Assembly (NCBI GenBank): GCA_039803745.1
Contig: JBDRZD010000002.1
Location: forward strand, 1-47,578
DNA: 47,578 nt
Reading direction: 5' to 3'
Source of the DNA: a candidate division WOR-3 bacterium
GTDB lineage: Bacteria; Hydrothermota; Hydrothermia; Hydrothermales; Hydrothermaceae
In this document: positions 37,307 through 45,617 of the stretch, one piece after another
Layout of the letters: each line of letters opens with the position of its first letter
How positions within the stretch are numbered: position 1 is the first letter of the stretch
The notes under the pieces: generated by a model
What the model was told of the DNA's origin: nothing
The model's database searches: none
What the model saw: the letters and a program-made list of their open reading frames with translations, nothing else
Program-made: the position numbers and the translations under genes

Positions 37307-39171
37307 AAATCAATTCCTATATTTATTTCTGATTCAATTTTTTTATTTTGTTTCCAGACCTTTTTATTCCTTGCAAATTTTTCATAATATTTATCTTTTC
37401 CTTTCCCATCAATGAATATTCCAATACATTTTATATAATTTCTTAAAGAAGGAATCCTTCCTGTGTCAATATTTCCTTTCCCAAGTGTTATACCTCCTTT
37501 TGTTTTGTATTCGTCATCCCCTTCATAATCAATAAATATTCCCATTCCATTTGCATTCCCTGATCCAAGACTTAAATTTGGTGCTTCATATATATCATTA
37601 CCTTTATAATCAACTAAATATCCAATAGAAAAATCATGACCTGCTCCAATACCCATATTCATCTCTGTTTTATATTTATCATCTCCGTTTAAATCCAATA
37701 GAAAACCAATAGCAAAATGAGCAGAAGAACCCTGAGTATACCATATACCTTTATATTCATCATTTCCATTAAAATCTATTAAAAATCCTGAACCCATCCA
37801 GTATCCACATCCCTGTCCAAAAACACCTGAAAAATATTTATCGTCACCTTCTCCATCAATTAAAAATCCAACACCTCCTGCAAGGGAATGACCATCAGTA
37901 AAATCTGCCCTTATACCAAAACCTGTTCCCTGAGCAAGAGAAACATTATGCTCGCCGCTTTGAGGAGAGGGATATTTTATTGTATCATCCCTTGCAATAT
38001 AAATATCATTTCCTTCTTTATCAACCAATAGACCACACCCTTTAACAAATCCAAAACCCTGAATTCCTTGAAATCCTTCATAATAATCATTACCCTTTAA
38101 ATCTGATAAAATACCTACACCAAATAAACCCGCTCCTTCACCATAGGAATCACATATATATCTATCATTACCTTCAAAATCTAAAATTATTCCAAATCCA
38201 AATAAACCTGCCCCAATTCCTATTTTCTCCCCTTTATATTCATCATTACCTTTTAAATCAATCAATATTGAACTTCCACATATACCAGCACCATTTCTTC
38301 CATTATATTTATCATTTCCATTTAAATCAATTAATATGCTTAAAGGAAATTTCTTATCTGTTATTGAAGAATTTATATATTCATCATCTCCATCAGGTTC
38401 TATTATTAAAAGATAAGGGGGAGAATCATAAATGTTATTTTCTTTTTTACCTAAAATTATCTTTCCAAAAATTGAATTAAATTCAATAGAGTTTTCAAAT
38501 GAAGAATTTTTCAAGAATTCAATTCCTTTTTGAATAAAAAAACTTAAATCATCTGTGAGTCTTGAAATTATTTTAAAATCAATATTTTCAATAACTTTTT
38601 CAATTTGTGTATTGGAAAGACCATCCTCTCCTCTTTCTTCAAGCCCTTTTATTATTTTCTCAAAATCTTCCTCATTTATATTTTTTGTGAATTCTTTTAT
38701 CTCATTCAAATAAATTTTAATTCCCTTAAAAATAAATATTAAACTCTTAATCAAATTCTCATCAGAAATTTCAATTTCTTCTTTAACACCAATCCCTTTT
38801 AAAATATCAGAAAGATAAATATTTAACTCAATTTTTTCCAAGGAATCCATCAAACCCTTATATGGTCTTTCAATCAATCCCCTTCTTACCCCCTCATCAA
38901 TTCTTGCAAATCCAAAATAAGTTAAAGCCCATAAAGAATCAGAATTTTGCAATATACCTTCAGAAATTGTTTTTATATAAGTGGGAATTTTTAAAGGTGA
39001 AAATATTAAATTATCAAAAATCTTTAATCTGTATTTTCCATATCCATAAATTTCAAAACCCTCTTTTTCAATAGAAATTTCACTCAAAGGAATATTCAAT
39101 TTTTTTGACACTTCTGAAAAATATTTTTCTTCATAAAAAATAAAAGATAACAAAATTAAAAATGCAACCAT
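37303..39171 (-). CDS. N-terminally anchored protein with a helical domain and 12 GNDxY solenoid-like repeats (function unknown)
   Basis: 622 aa. Hydrophobic N-terminus MVAFLILLSFIF and a ~250-aa helical region. Twelve copies of G-(N/D)-D-x-Y are mostly spaced ~23-28 aa apart with Gly-rich G.G.G..G.L.D segments between them. SD AAGGAGG upstream. Confidence 0.6.
   Translation of the reverse strand: MVAFLILLSFIFYEEKYFSEVSKKLNIPLSEISIEKEGFEIYGYGKYRLKIFDNLIFSPLKIPTYIKTISEGILQNSDSLWALTYFGFARIDEGVRRGLIERPYKGLMDSLEKIELNIYLSDILKGIGVKEEIEISDENLIKSLIFIFKGIKIYLNEIKEFTKNINEEDFEKIIKGLEERGEDGLSNTQIEKVIENIDFKIISRLTDDLSFFIQKGIEFLKNSSFENSIEFNSIFGKIILGKKENNIYDSPPYLLIIEPDGDDEYINSSITDKKFPLSILIDLNGNDKYNGRNGAGICGSSILIDLKGNDEYKGEKIGIGAGLFGFGIILDFEGNDRYICDSYGEGAGLFGVGILSDLKGNDYYEGFQGIQGFGFVKGCGLLVDKEGNDIYIARDDTIKYPSPQSGEHNVSLAQGTGFGIRADFTDGHSLAGGVGFLIDGEGDDKYFSGVFGQGCGYWMGSGFLIDFNGNDEYKGIWYTQGSSAHFAIGFLLDLNGDDKYKTEMNMGIGAGHDFSIGYLVDYKGNDIYEAPNLSLGSGNANGMGIFIDYEGDDEYKTKGGITLGKGNIDTGRIPSLRNYIKCIGIFIDGKGKDKYYEKFARNKKVWKQNKKIESEINIGIDF
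37370..38410 (-). repeat. coding region of the 12 GNDxY repeats
   Basis: DGDDEY, NGNDKY, KGNDEY, EGNDRY, KGNDYY, EGNDIY, EGDDKY, NGNDEY, NGDDKY, KGNDIY, EGDDEY, KGKDKY, in order. Boundaries are approximate. Confidence 0.6.
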
Positions 39172-39249
39172 TTTATGCCTCCTTCATTGTCACCTCCACC
39201 TCGGGGGTGGAAATAAATTATTCTTGGCTTTCAATTAAAAATATAACCA

Positions 39250-39978
39250 TTATATCATACCACCATCAATTTGAATAACACAGCCTGTTATATAGGATGC
39301 TTTATCAGATGAAAGAAAAGAAATAAGTTCCGCAACCTCTTCTGGTTTTCCAAATCTTTTTAATGGAATCTGCTCTAAATATTTATTCTTTATTTCCTCT
39401 GGCAATTTTTCTGTCATCGGTGTTTCAATAAAACCTGGCGCAATTGCAACAACCCTTATATTTCTTGAGCCAACTTCCTTTGCAAGGGATTTTGTAAAAG
39501 CAATAACTCCTGCCTTTGAAGCAGAATAATTGCACTGCCCTATATTACCTGTTATTCCAACAACAGAAGAAAGATTTATTATAACTCCTTTTTCATTTTT
39601 AAGCATTATCTTCAAAATTTCTTTTGTAAGAAGGAAAACCCCTTTCAAATTTATGTTCAAAACAAAATCCCAGTCTTCTTCTTTCATCCTTATTAAAAAT
39701 GTATCTTTTGTAACCCCTGCATTGTTAACAAGGATATCTATTTTTTCATCTCTTGATTTTATTTCCTGAATAAATTTTTCTATATCTTCCTTTCTTGATA
39801 TATCACCTTTAAAATACCATCCTCTATCCTTTATATTTTCTTCCCAGAAACTTTTAAGTTTTTCTTCATCTATATCAAAAAGGATGACCCTTGCACCGTA
39901 TTCAATAAATTTTTTTGCAGTTGCTTTACCTATCCCTGATGCAGCCCCTGTTATAATTGCTGTTTTACCTTCAAGCAT
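39250..39978 (-). CDS. fabG: 3-oxoacyl-ACP reductase (SDR family)
   Basis: 242 aa. TGAASGIGKA, NNAG and SSVVGITGNIGQCNYSASKAG...APGFIETPMT motifs. Confidence 0.8.
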   Translation of the reverse strand: MLEGKTAIITGAASGIGKATAKKFIEYGARVILFDIDEEKLKSFWEENIKDRGWYFKGDISRKEDIEKFIQEIKSRDEKIDILVNNAGVTKDTFLIRMKEEDWDFVLNINLKGVFLLTKEILKIMLKNEKGVIINLSSVVGITGNIGQCNYSASKAGVIAFTKSLAKEVGSRNIRVVAIAPGFIETPMTEKLPEEIKNKYLEQIPLKRFGKPEEVAELISFLSSDKASYITGCVIQIDGGMI

Positions 39979-39990
39979 TTTATTCCTCCT

Positions 39991-40518
39991 TTAAAATTCA
40001 ATTCCCTTTCTTGCAAAAATCCCTTTATCATAAGGATGTTTTATTTTTTTTACTTCACTAACTAAATCTGCTTTCTCTATCATCTTCTCAGTTGCTCCTC
40101 TTCCTGTAAGAATGAGTTCTATTCCATAAGGCTTTTTATCTAAAAGAGATAAAATCTCCTCTTCCTTTAAAAATCCATCCCTTACAGAAATATTTATTTC
40201 ATCTAAAATTATGATATCATATTTATTTTCATTAAAAATTTTTTCAACAAATTCAAGCCCCTTTAAACATTCTCTTCTTACATCTTCAAAAGAAACATCT
40301 TTATCAAAATGAGGGTGCTTTGAAGCAAAACCAATTACATCAACTCCAAGTTTTTTAAGATTCTCAAGTTCCCCATAACCCCATCTTTCAGGATCTTTAT
40401 GAAAATAAATAAAGCAAACTTTGAGATTATAAAAGGATGCTCTAACAGCAAGCCCAACAGCAGCAGTTGTCTTCCCCTTACCATCTCCTGTATATATCTG
40501 AATAAATCCCTTTTTCAT
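39991..40518 (-). CDS. cobO: cob(I)yrinic acid a,c-diamide adenosyltransferase
   Basis: GFIQIYTGDGKGKTTAAVGLAVRA P-loop and ILDEI... pattern. ATG 40518 (MKKGF...) is preferred over the longer ORF-track start. Confidence 0.8.
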   Translation of the reverse strand: MKKGFIQIYTGDGKGKTTAAVGLAVRASFYNLKVCFIYFHKDPERWGYGELENLKKLGVDVIGFASKHPHFDKDVSFEDVRRECLKGLEFVEKIFNENKYDIIILDEINISVRDGFLKEEEILSLLDKKPYGIELILTGRGATEKMIEKADLVSEVKKIKHPYDKGIFARKGIEF

Positions 40519-40559
40519 AGTTATTATTTTAAAGTAAATTACCGTTATAATATAAATCT

Positions 40560-41474
40560 GTGATAAAACCAACAATACTTTTTAGCAAATGTTTTTTTGA
40601 ACCAGTAAGATATAATGGTGAAAGAATAGTAGATGAGTTTGTTGAAAAATTAAAAAAATTTGTAAACTGTGTTTATTTGTGTCCAGAAGTTGAAATTTCT
40701 CTTGGTGTTCCAAGAAAACATTTAATTATTATTAAAAATAACGGAGAAAAAAAATTGATTCAACCAGAAACAGACACGGATTTAACAGATAGAATGCTTA
40801 ACTATATTAAAAGTATATTGATTAATTTAAAAGAAATCGATGGTGCAGTTCTTAAGGCAAAGTCTCCATCCTGTGGTGTGGGTTCAGCAAAATTATATAA
40901 AAAAGGAGTTATAATAGGGAGAACTGATGGCTTCTTTGCCGAATACTTAAAAAAAGAATTCCCTTTTCTTCCTTTAGAGGATGAGGGGAGACTTAAAAAT
41001 AAAGAAATAAGAAATCATTTTTTAATAAGAATTTTTGCTTATTCTGAAATTAAAGAAATAATTAAAAATCCTACTCATAAAAAACTTATAGATTTTCATA
41101 CAAAGTATAAATATCTTCTTATGACCTATAGTCAGAAACATCTTAAACAACTTGGTAATATTGTGGCAGATGGTAAAATTTCATTAAAGGAAAAAATTTC
41201 AAAATATAAAGAAATTTTTTATAACACTTTTAAACAAAAACCTACAAGGTCAAAACATATAAATACTTTAATGCATATCTTTGGGCATATTTCAGAACAT
41301 TTAAATAATAGAGAGAAAAAACATTTTCTAAATCTTTTAGAAAAATATAGAAATGGGAAAATTGAATTAAGGGTCCTTATTGAACTTATCAAAAATTTTG
41401 CTTATAGATTTGAGAAGGAATATTTATTAATGCAAAAATACCTTGAACCTTTTCCAGAAGAACTTATTGATTGA
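40560..41474 (+). CDS. DUF523 (TudS-like 4Fe-4S) + DUF1722 (YbgA-like) fusion protein
   Basis: 304 aa with a GTG start. Three Cys are positioned as in DUF523 (SKC, LCPEV, SPSCG). The C-terminal helical half resembles YbgA/DUF1722. Confidence 0.65.
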   Translation: MIKPTILFSKCFFEPVRYNGERIVDEFVEKLKKFVNCVYLCPEVEISLGVPRKHLIIIKNNGEKKLIQPETDTDLTDRMLNYIKSILINLKEIDGAVLKAKSPSCGVGSAKLYKKGVIIGRTDGFFAEYLKKEFPFLPLEDEGRLKNKEIRNHFLIRIFAYSEIKEIIKNPTHKKLIDFHTKYKYLLMTYSQKHLKQLGNIVADGKISLKEKISKYKEIFYNTFKQKPTRSKHINTLMHIFGHISEHLNNREKKHFLNLLEKYRNGKIELRVLIELIKNFAYRFEKEYLLMQKYLEPFPEELID

Positions 41475-41500
41475 GGTTTTTAATTAGATTTCCTTAAAAT
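41471..41500 (+). promoter_or_regulatory. putative promoter of the reverse gyrase gene (TTGAGG-18-TAAAAT), -10 box 8 nt upstream of the ATG
   Basis: TTGAGG at 41471-41476 and TAAAAT at 41495-41500. No SD before ATG 41509. Confidence 0.35.
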
Positions 41501-41508
41501 ATTTTAAT

Positions 41509-44500
41509 ATGGTAGAAAGTTTGTTTAAAAATCTTTGCCCTAACTGTGGAGGAGATATTGAAGCGTATAGACTTACTTTAGGTTTTCCTTGTAAATCATG
41601 TATGCCCGAAATTTCTCAAAATTACTGTAAAAATCTTGTAAGAAAAGGAGAATTAAGTAAATTATGCGAAATGGAAGAAGAGTTAAAGGAATGGGAAGAG
41701 CATTTCGAGAAATATTTGAAAACAAAACCCTGGAGTTTACAGGTTAGTTGGGCAAAAAGGGTTTTGCTTGGAAACTCCTTCGGGTTGCTTGCACCAACCG
41801 GGGTTGGCAAAACTTCATTTGGTCTTTCCATGAGCAGTTTTTTAGCAAAAAAAGATAAAAAATCTTACATAATACTTCCCACAAAAGTTCTTGTAGAGTT
41901 TGTTGCCCAGAAATTAAAATCTTTTGAAATTGAAGAAAGGGATATTCTTTATTTTTCAGAAGAAAGTCCAAAACAAAAGGAGATAAAAAAAGCAAAACTT
42001 AAGGAAGGGGATTTTAAAATTCTTGTAAGTACTTCTATGTTTCTGTATAAAAATCAGGAGATTATACCAAAGGAATTCTCTTTTATATTTGTAGATGATG
42101 TGGATTCCTTCTTAAAAACTGCAAAAAATATAGACAAATTACTTTATTTATTAGGCTTTTCCCAAAAAGACTTGGAATCCGCAATGAAACTTATAAGACT
42201 TAAGGAAAAAAGGAATAAAAGTGAAGAGGATTGGAAAAACATAAGGGAACTCTCTGAAACAGTAATGAAAATCGGTGAAAAAAAGATGGGAGTCCTCGTG
42301 GTCTCTTCTGCCACTTCTAATCCCCGCTCAAACAGGATAAAACTTTTCAGAGAACTTCTTGGTTTTGAAGTAGGGACACCTACTTTTTATTTAAGAAATG
42401 TAGTAGATTTATATGAAGAAATAAATTCAAAACCTTTAGAGGAATGGGTTAAATTTTTAGGTAAGGGTGGTTTATTATTTGTGCCTTCTGATAGAAAAAA
42501 AGAATTCGTTGAAGAAATAATTTCTTATCTCAAAGAAAAAGGTATTAAGGCAGTTTCTTATGAAGATCTAAATGAAAGCACACTCAGGGATTTTGAAGAA
42601 GGTAATATTGACCTACTAATTGGAATAGCCTCTTATAGAAATCCTTTGGCAAGAGGATTAGATCTACCTCATGTTGTAAGATACGCCTTATTTTACGGGG
42701 TTCCAAAGATAGTAATTTCTTTGAAATTTGAACAAAACATTTCTCATCTTTTATGGGCTCTTACTTCTTTGAGAAGTCTTGTTGCAAAAAAACTCCCACA
42801 TAAACTTAAAGAACTTGACCAATGGCTTGGAATCCTTAAAAGATATGAATATTTAAGTGAAAAAGTAGAACGATTAAAAAAAATAGATACGCTAAGAGAA
42901 GAAGTTGGTAAGTTTTTATCATCAAAAGAGATTATGGAACTTATACAAACCTGTGAAGAGATAACTTTGAGAAAAACAGAAGAAGGTTATCAAATGGTTG
43001 TTTCTGATGCTACTGGTTATCTTCAAGCAAGTGGCAGAACCTCCCGTATGTTTGCAGGGGGTATAAGCAGGGGGTTAAGTCTTGTGCTTGTAGATGATCA
43101 AAGAGCATTCAAACATCTTATAAAAAAAGTAAGATGGTTTAACGAAGATATAGAATTTACAAAGATAAATGGTGTAGAATTGGAAAATATTCTTAAAGAA
43201 ATAGATAGGGATAGAGAAAAAATTAGAAGATTTCTCAAAGGAGAGGAAATACCTGAGAGCAAAGAGATTTTAAAGCCTGTACTTATAGTAGTGGAATCAC
43301 CTAATAAGGCAAAAACCATCGCAAATTTTTTTGGCAAAGCGATTAGAAGAAGAATAGGTGAACACGAGCTTATAGAAACTTCAGCAGAAGATAGGTACCT
43401 CATGATTACTGCAAGTCTTGGCCATATTCTTGACCTTAACAAAGAGGAGGGCTTTTATGGTGTGTATGTAACTCAAAAACCTGTCCCAGTTTATGAAGTT
43501 ATAGAGGGTAAAAACAAAATAGTTCAGAGCATCAGGCGTATGGCAATGGAAGCACAAGAAATATTAATAGCCACAGATCCCGATACAGAAGGTGAAAAAA
43601 TAGGATGGGATATAGCAGAACTTTTAAGAGCATATAATCCTAACATAAGTAGAATGGAATTCCATGAAGTTACAAAAAAAGCCATTTTAAAGGCTATCAG
43701 GGAGCGTAGAGATTTTAATCTCAACCTTGTAAAAGCACAAGTAGTTAGAAGAGTAGCAGATAGATGGGTGGGTTTTGAATTTTCAAAACTTTTGCAATAT
43801 ACATTAGGGAAACAATGGTTATCAGCAGGTAGAGTCCAAACTCCTGTTCTTGGATGGATAATTGAAAGAGAAAAAGAGCATAGAAAAAAAATTTATAAGG
43901 TTATTGTATATATAGATGAGATAGGCAAACTGAAAGTAGATTGGACATTTGATGATAAAAAAGAGGCAGAAGAATTCTATAAAGGAATTTCAGAGATAAA
44001 AGTAGAATTATTAGAGGAAAAAGAAGAAATAAAAAATCCTCCTCCACCCTTTAGCACTGACACAATGCTTAAATCTGCAAGTGATATATATAGGTGGTCT
44101 CTTCCTAAAACTATGGAATTTGCCCAAGCACTTTTTGAACTTGGCTATATTACCTATCACAGAACAGATTCCATAAGAATATCCGACTATGGAATAAATA
44201 TAGCCAGAGAATATATAAAAGAAGAATTTGGCGAAGAATATTTTCATCCAAGAACCTGGGGTGAAGGAGGAGCCCATGAAGGTATAAGACCAACAAAAAA
44301 CATAGAGCCTGAAGAATTAAAAGCCTTAGTTTTAAGTGGACAGATAGAAGATTTAAAAAAAGAACATCTCATGCTTTACAAATTAATCTTTAATCGATTT
44401 ATGGCGAGTCAGACAAGACCAGTGAAATTAAGAATTTATAAACTTAAAATAGAGGCTTTAGGAAAAATTGCTGAAATTGAAATACCTGTTCAAATCCTTC

Positions 44501-44931
44501 AAAGAGGATGGGATTTATTTCTACCTATTGAAATATACATGCCAAAAATTGGAACAATTGATGTATCACAAAAAAAGAAATTTATTTCAGGGCCAAAAGC
44601 ATATCCATATACACATGGTGAACTTGTAAAAGAAATGAAAGAAAGAGGAATAGGAAGACCATCCACCTATGCCACAATAGTGGAAAAACTTATAGAAAGA
44701 GGTTATGTTATAGAAAATAAAGGTTTTCTTTTACCAACAGGGTTGGGAAAAAAAGTTTATTATTATTTAAAAAGTAAAGAAGAAGTGCACGAATTTTTAA
44801 AAGAAGAGTTCACCAAAAAACTTGAAGAATTAATGGATAGAGTTGAAGAAGGAAAAGAAGACTATGTTGAGATATTGAACAATTTATACAGAAATATAAT
44901 AGAAGTGGATAAAAAGTTAAAAATGGCATAA
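41509..44931 (+). CDS. rgy: reverse gyrase
   Basis: 1140 aa. N-terminal zinc finger CPNCGG...CKSC. Helicase-like motifs APTGVGKT, DDVD, SSAT and QASGRTSR. Toprim VESPNKAKTI and DPDTEGEKI. Topo IA active-site region GYITYHRTDS. Confidence 0.95.
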   Translation: MVESLFKNLCPNCGGDIEAYRLTLGFPCKSCMPEISQNYCKNLVRKGELSKLCEMEEELKEWEEHFEKYLKTKPWSLQVSWAKRVLLGNSFGLLAPTGVGKTSFGLSMSSFLAKKDKKSYIILPTKVLVEFVAQKLKSFEIEERDILYFSEESPKQKEIKKAKLKEGDFKILVSTSMFLYKNQEIIPKEFSFIFVDDVDSFLKTAKNIDKLLYLLGFSQKDLESAMKLIRLKEKRNKSEEDWKNIRELSETVMKIGEKKMGVLVVSSATSNPRSNRIKLFRELLGFEVGTPTFYLRNVVDLYEEINSKPLEEWVKFLGKGGLLFVPSDRKKEFVEEIISYLKEKGIKAVSYEDLNESTLRDFEEGNIDLLIGIASYRNPLARGLDLPHVVRYALFYGVPKIVISLKFEQNISHLLWALTSLRSLVAKKLPHKLKELDQWLGILKRYEYLSEKVERLKKIDTLREEVGKFLSSKEIMELIQTCEEITLRKTEEGYQMVVSDATGYLQASGRTSRMFAGGISRGLSLVLVDDQRAFKHLIKKVRWFNEDIEFTKINGVELENILKEIDRDREKIRRFLKGEEIPESKEILKPVLIVVESPNKAKTIANFFGKAIRRRIGEHELIETSAEDRYLMITASLGHILDLNKEEGFYGVYVTQKPVPVYEVIEGKNKIVQSIRRMAMEAQEILIATDPDTEGEKIGWDIAELLRAYNPNISRMEFHEVTKKAILKAIRERRDFNLNLVKAQVVRRVADRWVGFEFSKLLQYTLGKQWLSAGRVQTPVLGWIIEREKEHRKKIYKVIVYIDEIGKLKVDWTFDDKKEAEEFYKGISEIKVELLEEKEEIKNPPPPFSTDTMLKSASDIYRWSLPKTMEFAQALFELGYITYHRTDSIRISDYGINIAREYIKEEFGEEYFHPRTWGEGGAHEGIRPTKNIEPEELKALVLSGQIEDLKKEHLMLYKLIFNRFMASQTRPVKLRIYKLKIEALGKIAEIEIPVQILQRGWDLFLPIEIYMPKIGTIDVSQKKKFISGPKAYPYTHGELVKEMKERGIGRPSTYATIVEKLIERGYVIENKGFLLPTGLGKKVYYYLKSKEEVHEFLKEEFTKKLEELMDRVEEGKEDYVEILNNLYRNIIEVDKKLKMA

Positions 44932-44953
44932 GATTGTTAAATATCCAGAGTCT

Positions 44954-44982
44954 TTGAAATTTTCTATTAAAAACTGTATAAT
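44954..44982 (+). promoter_or_regulatory. putative strong sigma70-type promoter of dtxR-feoAB (TTGAAA-17-TGnTATAAT)
   Basis: TTGAAA at 44954-44959, a 17-nt spacer ending in TG, and TATAAT at 44977-44982. Confidence 0.45.
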
Positions 44983-45016
44983 TTAAAACTTAAATAAAAC
45001 TAACAAAGTTAGATAA

Positions 45017-45427
45017 ATGAAATTTTTAAGTTCTTCATTAGAAGATTATATTGAGGCGATTTATATTTTAAAAAAGGATAAGGGATTTGCAAGGGTTTCA
45101 GAGATTGCAAATTTTTTAAATGTTAAGATGTCTTCTGTTAATTCAGCAATAAAAATTCTTGCAAAAAAGGAACTTGTTGTGCATAAAAACTACGGTTATA
45201 TTTCCTTAACAAAACTTGGGGAAAGGGAAGCCAAAAAAATTTATTCAAGGCATATAATTTTAAAAAGATTTTTTAAGGAAGTTTTAGGAGTTAATGAAAA
45301 AAAAGCAGAAATTGATGCCTGCAAGATAGAGCATCATATAAGTAAGGAAACACTGAATAAACTTTTAAAATATATAAAAAGGATGATTAAAAATGACACT
45401 GGCTCAGGTGCCAAAAGGGAAAGTTAA
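45017..45427 (+). CDS. DtxR/IdeR-family metal-dependent repressor (two-domain form)
   Basis: 136 aa. The N-terminal wHTH (EDYIEAIYIL...RVSEIANFLNVKMSSVNSAIKIL) and metal-site-like ACKIEHHIS (C-x2-E-H, as in the DtxR primary site). Confidence 0.8.
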   Translation: MKFLSSSLEDYIEAIYILKKDKGFARVSEIANFLNVKMSSVNSAIKILAKKELVVHKNYGYISLTKLGEREAKKIYSRHIILKRFFKEVLGVNEKKAEIDACKIEHHISKETLNKLLKYIKRMIKNDTGSGAKRES

Positions 45428-45617
45428 GATTGTAGGGTTTTTAGGTGAGAGACATTTCCAGAGGAAAATGAATGCTCTTGGAATTCTTATTGGTGATAGT
45501 GTTGAAATAATTGTAAATAATTTTCATGGTCCTGTAATAATTGGGAAAGGAACAATGAGAATAGCAATAGGATGGGGAATGGCAAATAAAATAATTGTAG
45601 AAAAAGTTGAAGAATGA
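45393..45617 (+). CDS. feoA: FeoA family protein
   Basis: 74 aa. The SH3-like FeoA pattern (L..V..G....I.......R.L..LGI..G..V......GP.II......IAI....A..I.V). ATGA overlap with feoB. Confidence 0.75.
   Translation: MTLAQVPKGKVKIVGFLGERHFQRKMNALGILIGDSVEIIVNNFHGPVIIGKGTMRIAIGWGMANKIIVEKVEE

Noticed and set aside
45392-45427. Programmed frameshift fusing the two-domain DtxR repressor to FeoA to recreate a three-domain IdeR-like protein
   Set aside because: Fusion would need a +1/-2 shift. No obvious slippery heptamer is present. feoA has its own AGGA SD-like element and an ATG, and shows the usual ATGA coupling to feoB. Separate genes is the simpler reading.
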